Source: a bacterium
Lineage (GTDB): Bacteria > Cyanobacteriota > Vampirovibrionia > Gastranaerophilales > Gastranaerophilaceae
Length of the DNA stretch: 33,625 bases
Direction: 5' to 3'
NCBI GenBank assembly: GCA_017444705.1
Contig: JAFSWA010000017.1
Coordinates: 1-33,625 of the forward strand
Positions 6,877-14,925 of the stretch are shown here, one piece after another. Made by a program: the position numbers and the translations under genes. The notes beneath the pieces are model-generated. The model searched no databases. It saw only the letters and a program-made list of their open reading frames with translations, and was not told the origin of the DNA. Every line of letters begins with the position of its first letter. Position 1 is the stretch's first letter.

Positions 6877-8270
6877 TATTTTGTCAACCTGCTCAAAAGT
6901 TGGTCTAACAAACAAATTGCCATATCAATTTCTTCATCGGTAATATAAAGTTGAGGAACAAAAGTGATAATATTTTTGAAAAATCCGCCGTTATTGAGAA
7001 CAAGTCCGCATTTTTCTCCGTTATATATTAAATCACCTTTCAAACCTTCTTCCTGCAAAGCATCACAAAGCTCTCTGTTTGGAGTAATTCCGTCTTTTTG
7101 TGTTAACTCCATTCTCAACGCAAATCCGATACCGCCGACATCTCCGACTTCATCATATTTTGCTTTAAGCATATTCAAACCGTCCATAAAACGTTTTGAT
7201 TTTCTCGGAATTTCTCTTTCAAGTTCATTTTGTTCTTCTTCTACAATAGTAATAACTTCATGAGCCGCTCTTACTCCTATCGGATTTGAACAGTATGTAG
7301 AATGTGCACTTCCGGGAGTAAACACTTTCGGCGATATGAATTTTTCTTTTGCCCACAACCCTGACAACGGATTCATGCCGTTTGTTATAGATTTTGCAAA
7401 TGTCATTACATCAGGTACAACATCATAGTTCTCAATAGCCCATAATTTACCTGTTCTGAACATTCCCATTTGAATTTCATCAATTACAAGCATAATTCCG
7501 TGAGCATCAAGAATTTCTTTCAATTCTTTAAAATACCATCTCGGAGCATCAATATATCCGCCCGTTCCCAAAAGCGGTTCAGCAATAAATGCTTTGTATT
7601 CGCATTCGCCTGTTTTCGGGTCATAAACAGCTTTATATTCGCTCTCAAATTGTCTTGCAAATTGTTTTACGCAGAAATGATTACAAGATTCGCATTTCAT
7701 TCCGTAAGGGCATCTGAAACAATAAGGAAACGGAACAAAATTTGCCCTGTCAGCAAAATGACCGTATTTTTCTCTGTATCTGAAACTTGAAGTCAAAGCG
7801 GTTGCACCGATTGTTCTTCCGTGATATCCGCCTTGAAAAGCAAAGAAACCGTTTCTGTGAGTATAATTTCTGACAACTTTAATTGCATCTTCCGTTGCTT
7901 GAGCTCCGCCTACGTTGAAATGCATTCTGCCTCTTTCATGAAAACGCTGTTCAATTAATTTCACCATTTTTTCTGACAACAACGCTTTATATTGATGCAA
8001 AAACTTTGGTGTTAACTGAGGAAGCGTATTCATCTGGTCAATTACGGCGTCTGTTATTCTTTTGTTTTTATATCCAAAGTTACAAGCCGAATACATCATC
8101 TGCAAATCAAGATATGGTGTATCTTTTGAATCATACATATAAGAACCTTCACAAGCTCTGAAAACTTTCGGATTTGCCGAATAATGCACTGTATCTCCCC
8201 AAGATGTATATTCTTCATCAAGTGCCAAGATTTTCTCATCTGAAATCGTTTCTTCGTCTAAATAAATCAC
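6876..8270 (-). CDS. Class-III (omega) PLP-dependent aminotransferase
   Basis: DEIQMGMFRTGKLWA and the TFAKSITNG PLP-lysine motif. Contains a Cys-rich segment PYCFRCPYGMKCESCNHFC. GTG start. Confidence 0.88.
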   Translation of the reverse strand: MIYLDEETISDEKILALDEEYTSWGDTVHYSANPKVFRACEGSYMYDSKDTPYLDLQMMYSACNFGYKNKRITDAVIDQMNTLPQLTPKFLHQYKALLSEKMVKLIEQRFHERGRMHFNVGGAQATEDAIKVVRNYTHRNGFFAFQGGYHGRTIGATALTSSFRYREKYGHFADRANFVPFPYCFRCPYGMKCESCNHFCVKQFARQFESEYKAVYDPKTGECEYKAFIAEPLLGTGGYIDAPRWYFKELKEILDAHGIMLVIDEIQMGMFRTGKLWAIENYDVVPDVMTFAKSITNGMNPLSGLWAKEKFISPKVFTPGSAHSTYCSNPIGVRAAHEVITIVEEEQNELEREIPRKSKRFMDGLNMLKAKYDEVGDVGGIGFALRMELTQKDGITPNRELCDALQEEGLKGDLIYNGEKCGLVLNNGGFFKNIITFVPQLYITDEEIDMAICLLDQLLSRLTK

Positions 8271-8551
8271 AATTTGTACCCCTATTAAAATTTATACATC
8301 TATAAAATTAACATACAAAATACAAAAATGCAATAGTCTGAATTAAGACCATTTACATTTGTAACATAATAACGACAAAATATATATTTATTGGTAAATA
8401 ATATATAATTACAGAATATTAATAAAGTTACCTAAGGAATGTATGTTGTAAGCGAGTTTTAGATTTTTTAATTTCAGAGTTTCGTAATTTTTGAAATTGA
8501 AAAGAGAATTTTATGAAATAGAAAGAAACACAAAACGCAACATCTCATTGC

Positions 8552-8880
8552 TTGACATGTACAATTGCGAGGAGCGGATTTTTGCCGGAGCGACAATTTT
8601 GCAGAGGGTGCAAGTAAATCGGCAAAGCCGATTATGTTACCCGTTTATTGCAAAATTGTCAAGACAGTGCAGGAGGCGGTGGCGAAGCCACTGCTCGCAC
8701 GTTTACCGGCAAAAATAAGCAGGGCGTAAGCACGGCGTGGCAATCCAAAAAGATTCTGAAACAAGTTCAGGATGACATATTTTTGGATTACTTCGTCCTC
8801 ACTATGTTCGTCCTACCGCAAGAGGTACCATCCCCCGTACGACTCGGCTGTCACCTTGCTTACGGTTGATTTGTCTTTCT
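8552..8880. repeat. Cluster of G+C-rich hairpin repeat units inside an 840-bp intergenic region
   Basis: Visibly G+C-richer than its surroundings. Contains AATCGGC-AAA-GCCGATT, GTGGC-GAA-GCCAC, the CGGCGTGGCAAT block shared with 13404-13415, and the GATTCTGAAACAAGTTCAGGATGACA unit at 8752-8777. Confidence 0.75.
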
Positions 8881-8905
8881 AAGTAAATGTTCAAGCATTA
8901 TGTTT

Positions 8906-8971
8906 TTAGTGTAAAAATTACACTAAATAATAAAAATTTTTACATTTTTTTACAATTTTACATACTGAAAA
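8906..8971 (+). promoter_or_regulatory. Candidate regulatory module upstream of the phosphorylase-like gene
   Basis: Inverted repeat TTAGTGTAA-AAA-TTACACTAA (8906-8926), then three TTTACA repeats and CTGAAAA. A co-linear counterpart lies upstream of the GH57 gene. Confidence 0.5.
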
Positions 8972-9112
8972 ACTCCAATTATGACAACGTTTTTGGCTAT
9001 ATTTTAAAATCGGAAAAATAAGTTTTAAAATATACTTGTTTTTTATTCATTTTATTGATATAAAATTGTAATATAGGAGAAAATTACACAAAACAGAGAG
9101 GAAAATTGTATT

Positions 9113-10807
9113 ATGGGTTTACCGAATGTAGCATATTTTTCAATGGAAATTGCAATGGATCAATCGTTATCGACGTATTCAGGCGGTTTAGGCTTTTTAG
9201 CAGGTTCACATATGCAATCAGCCGGTTATTTGCAAATGCCTATGGTTGGAGTTACGATGCTGTGGTCTTACGGATATTATAATCAGCGAATCGGCTCAGA
9301 GGGTGAGGTTGAAGTTGCTTTTATAAGAAAATATTATGACTTTTTGACAGATACAGGTTTGTATGCCGATGTTGATATTTTTGGGGAAAAGGTAAAAGTA
9401 AAAGCATACAGAGTTGAGCCGCATTTGTTTGGTACATGCCCTGTTTACCTTTTAACAACGGATATTGAAGGTAATTCCGAATTTGGCAGAAGAATTTCAC
9501 ATCGTTTGTACGATGGTGATGAAAAAATAAGAATTGCACAAGAAACCGTTTTGGGTATTGCAGGTGTAAGAATTTTACAAGCTGCTCAATATAATTTTGA
9601 TGTAATTCACATGAATGAAGGTCACGCACTTCCTGCGGCATTTGAATTATTAAGACAATACAATTATGATTTGGAAGCAGTAAAGAAAAAGACGGTATTT
9701 ACAACGCATACTCCTGTTGCGGCAGGTAATGAAGTTCACTGGGTTGATACATTATTGCAAGGCGGCTTTTTTGCAGGCTGTTCAAGAGAAATGGCTGTCA
9801 AGTTGGGCGGTGAAAACTTCTCCTTAACTGTTGCGGCTTTGAGAATGAGCAGAATTGCAAACGCAGTTTCACAGCTTCATGGTTTAGTTGCAAATAAAAT
9901 GTGGGAATGGGTTGACGGCAGATGTCCGATAAGAGCTATTACAAATGCGGTAAATCTCCACTATTGGCAGGATAAAAGAATTGCCGCATCAAAAGAAAAT
10001 CTTGAAGGGCTTTTAGATGCCAAATATGAAATGAAAAAAGAACTCTGCAAATATATTGCAATTCATGCGGGAAAAACTTTTGACCCGAGTGTATTGACGA
10101 TTACGTGGGCAAGAAGATTTGCGGATTATAAACGTGCATGGTTAATCTTTATGGATAAAGACAGAATTAACAGATTACTGGACGAAAATAAAGTACAGTT
10201 GGTATTTGCAGGTAAGTTCCACCCCGATGATGCAATGGGTAAAGAAATGTTTAATAAAATCCTTAAAAAATCATACAGCATGAAGAATGTTGCTGTTTTG
10301 ACAGGGTATGAATTAGAACTTTCCGCATTATTAAAGAAAGGTTCTGATATTTGGTTGAACACCCCGTTAAGACCGTTTGAAGCATCAGGTACATCAGGTA
10401 TGTCTGCTAATATGAACGGTGCGTTACACTTGTCAATCTATGACGGTTGGACTGTTGAGGGTACCTTTGCCGGTATAAACGGTTATACTGTCGAATATCC
10501 TGGCTTAGATGATGAAATTCCTTGGGAAGAAAGACATAAGAAAGATAATCAGTGTATTATGGATATTATTGAAAATCAAATTATTCCGACCTATTATGAT
10601 AACAAATTAGAATGGGCAAGGATGATGAGACAGGCAATAAGAACATCTGAGGCTTATTTTAACTCTGACAGAATGGTTATTGAGTATTATAACAGACTTT
10701 ATAAGCCGATAGCACACGAAGAGGTTGAGGGCGGTGTCGAACACCACGAAATTAATGTTGCGGAAAATCCGAACCTTGATGCTTGGACATTCTCAAATAT
10801 AAAATAA
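9113..10807 (+). CDS. glgP: Alpha-glucan phosphorylase family (GT35) protein, atypical active site
   Basis: VAYFSMEI...YSGGLGFLAG at the N-terminus and NTPLRPFEASGTSGM-S-ANMNG near the C-terminus. The usual Lys after GM is Ser here (TCT 10403-10405). Confidence 0.85.
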   Translation: MGLPNVAYFSMEIAMDQSLSTYSGGLGFLAGSHMQSAGYLQMPMVGVTMLWSYGYYNQRIGSEGEVEVAFIRKYYDFLTDTGLYADVDIFGEKVKVKAYRVEPHLFGTCPVYLLTTDIEGNSEFGRRISHRLYDGDEKIRIAQETVLGIAGVRILQAAQYNFDVIHMNEGHALPAAFELLRQYNYDLEAVKKKTVFTTHTPVAAGNEVHWVDTLLQGGFFAGCSREMAVKLGGENFSLTVAALRMSRIANAVSQLHGLVANKMWEWVDGRCPIRAITNAVNLHYWQDKRIAASKENLEGLLDAKYEMKKELCKYIAIHAGKTFDPSVLTITWARRFADYKRAWLIFMDKDRINRLLDENKVQLVFAGKFHPDDAMGKEMFNKILKKSYSMKNVAVLTGYELELSALLKKGSDIWLNTPLRPFEASGTSGMSANMNGALHLSIYDGWTVEGTFAGINGYTVEYPGLDDEIPWEERHKKDNQCIMDIIENQIIPTYYDNKLEWARMMRQAIRTSEAYFNSDRMVIEYYNRLYKPIAHEEVEGGVEHHEINVAENPNLDAWTFSNIK

Positions 10808-10816
10808 AAACTTAAA

Positions 10817-10847
10817 ACAGAGGAAGTTTGCACTTCCTCTGTTTTTA
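10817..10847 (+). terminator. Intrinsic terminator
   Basis: ACAGAGGAAGT-TTGC-ACTTCCTCTGT followed by TTTTT. Confidence 0.85.
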
Positions 10848-10859
10848 TGAGGTATAAGT

Positions 10860-12008
10860 ATGGGAAAAGATTCTAAAAAATATTTTTGCATTTTTGGCGG
10901 CGGGGCTATAAGAGGGCTTGTTTATATAGGTGTTCTGAAAGTATTGCGAGAAAGAAACATCGAAATTACGGGTTATGCAGGAGCCTCTGCCGGTTCAATT
11001 GCCGCTGTTATGACGGCATTAAATTATACAAATGAAGAAATGGCAGAAGCTTTTAATATTATTGACTATAAACTTTTTAGGGATTTGAATTTTTCATTTA
11101 AAATTGAACTCGCACTGTCGAAAGGGGAAGTTTTTACAGATAAAATAAGAGAAATGATTGGACAAAAGTTAGGAACGGATAAACCTGTTACATTTAAAGA
11201 TTTCCCTAAAAATCTATATATTCTGACTTCAAATCTCACAACGGGAGAATGCGTTGTTTTTTCAAAAGAAACGACACCGGATTTTGAGGTTGCACAGGCG
11301 GTCAGAATTTCTTCGGGATTTCCTGGGCTTATGAACCCCGTTGATTTAAACGGAGAATACTATGTTGACGGCGATTTAGCGAAACCTTGTGCTCTTTCTC
11401 AGGTTTCCCCGTTATTGAATCCTGAGGGCGAAAAGATTTTAGAGTTTAGGATTGAGGGAGCAAAAAAGCAGCCGCTTCCGACAAATCCGTTGAGTTTTCT
11501 TAATAACGGAATCGATTTTTTAAATAATATCTCCACAGATAATGCAATAAGAACCTTTGCTCATAAAGAAAAATACGATTATATTATTTTCCCGACAGAA
11601 AATGTATTGCTTTTTGATTTTAATATTTCAAAAGAACAGCGAGAATATTTAATTAAGTTAGGCTATGATACAACTAATAATTTCTTTGAAAATATCTTGC
11701 CCAAAAAAGAAAAAGAAATAAAAATTTTATATATGGAAATGAAAAATGTTCTTGAAAAATGTTTTGATAATCTTGTTAAAAGAAAGTATGACGATGCAAA
11801 AGAAATAATTTTCTCATATATAAGTAAACGATACAAAATTTTTGAAAGACTTGATGAAAGAGCTGTAGATAAATTAAATGAAGTTGCACAAATGCTTGAT
11901 GATGATGTAAAAAAAGTATTTTTTCTGATACCTTCTTTGCAAAATCATGGTGAAGTTAAAAAGAATATTAGCGATTTACTTTCCGCTTTGGAAGAAAAAA
12001 TAAACTGA
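10860..12008 (+). CDS. Patatin-like phospholipase with a C-terminal helical extension
   Basis: GGGAIRG oxyanion motif, GASAGS (G-x-S-x-G) and the VDGD catalytic Asp motif. GAGGT SD. Confidence 0.88.
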   Translation: MGKDSKKYFCIFGGGAIRGLVYIGVLKVLRERNIEITGYAGASAGSIAAVMTALNYTNEEMAEAFNIIDYKLFRDLNFSFKIELALSKGEVFTDKIREMIGQKLGTDKPVTFKDFPKNLYILTSNLTTGECVVFSKETTPDFEVAQAVRISSGFPGLMNPVDLNGEYYVDGDLAKPCALSQVSPLLNPEGEKILEFRIEGAKKQPLPTNPLSFLNNGIDFLNNISTDNAIRTFAHKEKYDYIIFPTENVLLFDFNISKEQREYLIKLGYDTTNNFFENILPKKEKEIKILYMEMKNVLEKCFDNLVKRKYDDAKEIIFSYISKRYKIFERLDERAVDKLNEVAQMLDDDVKKVFFLIPSLQNHGEVKKNISDLLSALEEKIN

Positions 12009-12048
12009 TTAAAACACAAAACCGGATTTAATTTTCGGTAATGTTGAA

Positions 12049-13293
12049 TTAACAGGCATGGTCTGTTATATAACCTTTCAAAGCCGAATATGCCGCAACT
12101 ATCGGTGAAGAAAGGTAAATATTTCCCTGAGTGTTGCCCATTCTGCCTTGGAAATTTCTGTTTTGAGTAGCAAGGCAATTTTCACCGTCGCCTAAAATTC
12201 CCGCATGAACCCCTACACAAGGCCCGCAGCCTGAGGGCAGAACAGAAGCTCCCGCTTCAACAAAATCTTTTATCAATCCTTCATCAAGTGCCTGCAAATA
12301 AACCGTTCTTGATGCAGGACAAATCAAAACCCTTGTGTCTTTATTAACTTTTTTGCCCCTAAAAATATCTGCAACTTCTCTCAAATCCTCAATTCTGCCG
12401 TTTGTGCAGGTGCCGATATAGACCTGCTGCAATTTAACATCATTCAAATCCTTTGCCAATTTTGTGTTATCAACCGTATGCGGGCATGAAACGGTCGGCT
12501 CGATTTTGCTTGCGTCGATTTCAATTATGCGTTCATAAACCGCATCACTATCGGGGTAAATTTCTCTAAACTTATCCCCTCTGCCTTTTTCTTCTAAATA
12601 TTTTCTTGTCGTTTCATCAGTCTTAAATAAACCCGCTTTTGCTCCCGCTTCGACCGCCATATTTGCAAGGGTAAATCTGTCGCACATAGGCATTTTGTCA
12701 ACTGTTTCGCCATGAAACTCCAATGCCTTATAAGTCGCACCGTCAGCCCCGATTTTGCCTATAAGATGCAAAATCAAATCTTTTGCACAAACCCCTTTTT
12801 GAAATTCGCCCGTAACAACGACTTTAAAGGTTGCGGGAACTTTGAACCATGTTTTGCCAAAAGCCATTCCGACAGCAATATCGGTTGAACCCATGCCCGT
12901 TGCAAAAGCTCCCAAAGCACCAGATGTACAGGTGTGAGAATCCGCCCCGATTAAGATTTCACCGGGGTTTACAAAACTTTCAACAAGTCTTTGGTGACAA
13001 ACACCCTCTCCGACATCAGATAAAATTGCACCGTATTCTTTTGAAAATTCTCTTAAAACGTTATGAGAGTTTGATAACTCTTTTCTCGGACTCGGTGCCG
13101 CATGGTCGATAAAAAGAATTGTACGCTCGGGATTTGCCAAAGGTTTACCGAGTTTCTTAAATTCCTGAACGGTTAAAGGTCCTGTGCCGTCTTGCACCGC
13201 CGTAACATCGACATTTATTATCGCTAATTCACCAGCATGAACCTCATGTCCTGCGTGGTTTGACATTATTTTTTCCGCTATTGTTTGTCCCAT
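12049..13293 (-). CDS. leuC: 3-isopropylmalate dehydratase / homoaconitase large subunit (aconitase-fold, short archaeal-type)
   Basis: MGQTIAEKIMSNH..., GADSHTCTSGALGAF and the Cys ligand motifs CTNGR and PSGCGPC. AAGGA SD. No small-subunit gene adjacent. Confidence 0.85.
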   Translation of the reverse strand: MGQTIAEKIMSNHAGHEVHAGELAIINVDVTAVQDGTGPLTVQEFKKLGKPLANPERTILFIDHAAPSPRKELSNSHNVLREFSKEYGAILSDVGEGVCHQRLVESFVNPGEILIGADSHTCTSGALGAFATGMGSTDIAVGMAFGKTWFKVPATFKVVVTGEFQKGVCAKDLILHLIGKIGADGATYKALEFHGETVDKMPMCDRFTLANMAVEAGAKAGLFKTDETTRKYLEEKGRGDKFREIYPDSDAVYERIIEIDASKIEPTVSCPHTVDNTKLAKDLNDVKLQQVYIGTCTNGRIEDLREVADIFRGKKVNKDTRVLICPASRTVYLQALDEGLIKDFVEAGASVLPSGCGPCVGVHAGILGDGENCLATQNRNFQGRMGNTQGNIYLSSPIVAAYSALKGYITDHAC

Positions 13294-13350
13294 TTTTGTT
13301 TTCCTTTTTATTTTTGTCAGGCAGGGCCTGATCTACTTTTTACCTTTCTC

Positions 13351-13498
13351 GTCATTCTGAGCGAAGCGAAGAATCTGTTTTGTTGTCATTGCGAGCCGCT
13401 TGTCGGCGTGGCAATAAAATTTTAATTGTCATTTGTGCAAATAATTGCACCCTACATATTTGTTTTGTTGTCAATCGGTGTGAAACATCGCACCCTAC
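13351..13498. repeat. Array of related hairpin repeat units between two co-oriented biosynthetic genes
   Basis: GTCATTCTGAGCGAAGCGAAGAATC (13351-13375), GTCATTGCGAGCCGCTTGTCGGCGTGGCAAT (13385-13415), GTCATTTGTGCAAATAATTGCACCCTAC (13428-13455) and GTCAATCGGTGTGAAACATCGCACCCTAC (13470-13498). TGTTTTGTTGTCA(T/A)T recurs at 13376 and 13461. Confidence 0.8.
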
Positions 13499-13534
13499 TA
13501 ACTGTAACATTGTATATAGTTACAAAAGATAAAT

Positions 13535-14854
13535 TTAATTTCCCTTATTTTCTTTTGATTGCTGTATATGCTGATCAATTCTTTCTTTCAAAGCACCTGT
13601 CGGGATGTAGTATGGAGTTACTGTCATTACCTTTGCGGCAATATCGGGATAATGATAGATAAACTTCAATTCATCGGCAGTCAACGGTTTTTGGGTGTGT
13701 ACGTTTGCGTAACGTGCAAGTTCAAGAATATTCTTTGCCTCATCATCATCCTGAAACTCGATTTCAAGCCCCTCATAGACGTTTCTGAACCCTTTAATAC
13801 CGCCATATTCCCCAACAGTAATCATTCTGCCAGTTTCAATTATTTCAGGTTCACCTCTGCCGAGTTCTTCGTAGTCATATAATTCATAATTTCTTCTGTC
13901 TTTTAAAGCTCCGTCTGCGTGGATTCCCGATTCATGTGCAAAGGCATTTTTACCAACAGCCGGCTGATTTATCGGAATCGGCACCCCAAAAGCATAAGAA
14001 GCATATTTTGCAAGTTTCCAAGCCTTTGATAAATCAATTTGCGGGTCGATTTGATAATTCCCTTTCATTCCGCTTGATTTTAAAATTGCCAAAAGACAGG
14101 AAATCAAATCAGCGTTTCCGGCACGTTCGCCCATTCCGTTTACCGCCGTATTGATATAGGCATCAACTCCTGCGTCAATAGCGGCTTTTGCTCCCAAAAC
14201 AGAGCAGCCGACTGCCATCCCTAAATCATTATGAAAATGAGTTTCTATATCCATTCCCGTTTCTTTTGCAAGAGTATAAATCCTTTCATAAGCCGTGTGG
14301 GGGTCATCATAGCCAAGAGTATCGCAATATCTGAAACGGCTTGCACCCGCTTTTTTTGCTGCGTGAATAAATTTCAAAAGAAATTCCATATCACTTCTTG
14401 ATGCGTCCTCGGCATTTACTCCTATTATTTTTGCCCCGTAGGTTTGAGCCGTTTCAACCGCCTCAACCATAAGCTCAATAAGGTCATCACCGGTTTTTCG
14501 TCCCTGATATTTTCCTTGAAGCATCTGTTTTGAAGTCGATTGAGAAAGATTTATGTATTGAAGCCTCGGAACATTCAAGAATGATTCTGCCACATCACCC
14601 GGAATCGCTCTTGCCCACCCCGATAATTTTGTTTTGTTGATTACTCCCCTATCTACAAGTTCCAAATTCCCGTTGAGGTAATTTTTTTCATGTCTTGTTG
14701 TCGGAAAGCCAAACTCTGATTGAGAAATTCCCATATCATTGAGATAGAAATTAATCATTGTTTTTTCAAGTTTTGCGAGTCCTAATCGTGAAGTTTGGAC
14801 TCCGTCACGGTTTGTAACATCAACAAAATATATTGTATTTTTACTTTCAGCCAT
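13535..14854 (-). CDS. HMGL-like 2-isopropylmalate / homocitrate / citramalate synthase family protein (no LeuA regulatory domain)
   Basis: DVTNRDGVQT (variant of DTTLRDGEQ), HFHNDLGMAV and HESGIHADG. Strong SD AAGGAGAG. Confidence 0.82.
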   Translation of the reverse strand: MAESKNTIYFVDVTNRDGVQTSRLGLAKLEKTMINFYLNDMGISQSEFGFPTTRHEKNYLNGNLELVDRGVINKTKLSGWARAIPGDVAESFLNVPRLQYINLSQSTSKQMLQGKYQGRKTGDDLIELMVEAVETAQTYGAKIIGVNAEDASRSDMEFLLKFIHAAKKAGASRFRYCDTLGYDDPHTAYERIYTLAKETGMDIETHFHNDLGMAVGCSVLGAKAAIDAGVDAYINTAVNGMGERAGNADLISCLLAILKSSGMKGNYQIDPQIDLSKAWKLAKYASYAFGVPIPINQPAVGKNAFAHESGIHADGALKDRRNYELYDYEELGRGEPEIIETGRMITVGEYGGIKGFRNVYEGLEIEFQDDDEAKNILELARYANVHTQKPLTADELKFIYHYPDIAAKVMTVTPYYIPTGALKERIDQHIQQSKENKGN

Positions 14855-14925
14855 AATTCTCTCCTTACAAGATTATTATACACCAAATTCAGCCAAAAAG
14901 TAAGATTAGTCGGAGATAAAAAGCC

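Noticed and set aside
6877-6915. Longer N-terminal extensions proposed by the track: hydrolase TTG 6915, DUF378 TTG 25822, M48 TTG 22807 and hypothetical 4137
   Set aside because: In each case a downstream ATG has a proper SD or a stop-start overlap and gives a family-typical N-terminus. The extensions fall inside the upstream gene or in promoter DNA.
8491-8869. Track ORFs 8491-8718 and 8648-8869 (75 and 73 aa) in the large intergenic region
   Set aside because: They lie entirely in the G+C-rich hairpin repeat cluster, lack SD sequences and overlap each other. Their peptides (for example ...KILKQVQDD...) are simply translations of the repeat units.
8540-8880. A known structured RNA (RNase P RNA, tmRNA, SRP/4.5S, 6S, group II intron domain V) in the G+C-rich island
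   Set aside because: I found none of the signature motifs I can recall for these RNAs by eye. The region decomposes into independent short hairpins shared with other loci. A covariance-model scan is still needed to exclude this formally.
12006-12008. Alternative genetic code (UGA recoding), as seen in some uncultivated low-GC lineages
   Set aside because: TGA terminates well-defined genes at family-typical lengths (for example the patatin-like gene here). No conserved enzyme in the window is interrupted by an in-frame TGA.
12009-12048. Terminator between the convergent patatin-like and LeuC-like genes
   Set aside because: Only a 4-bp imperfect stem (ACCG...CGGT) is visible, which is too weak to call.
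13376-13500. Possible CRISPR-like array, suggested by repeated GTCA(T/A)T...GCACCCTAC units
   Set aside because: There are only two to four degenerate units of unequal length, with no regular repeat-spacer periodicity and no cas genes. The units belong to the same hairpin family seen at 3205 and 8752.
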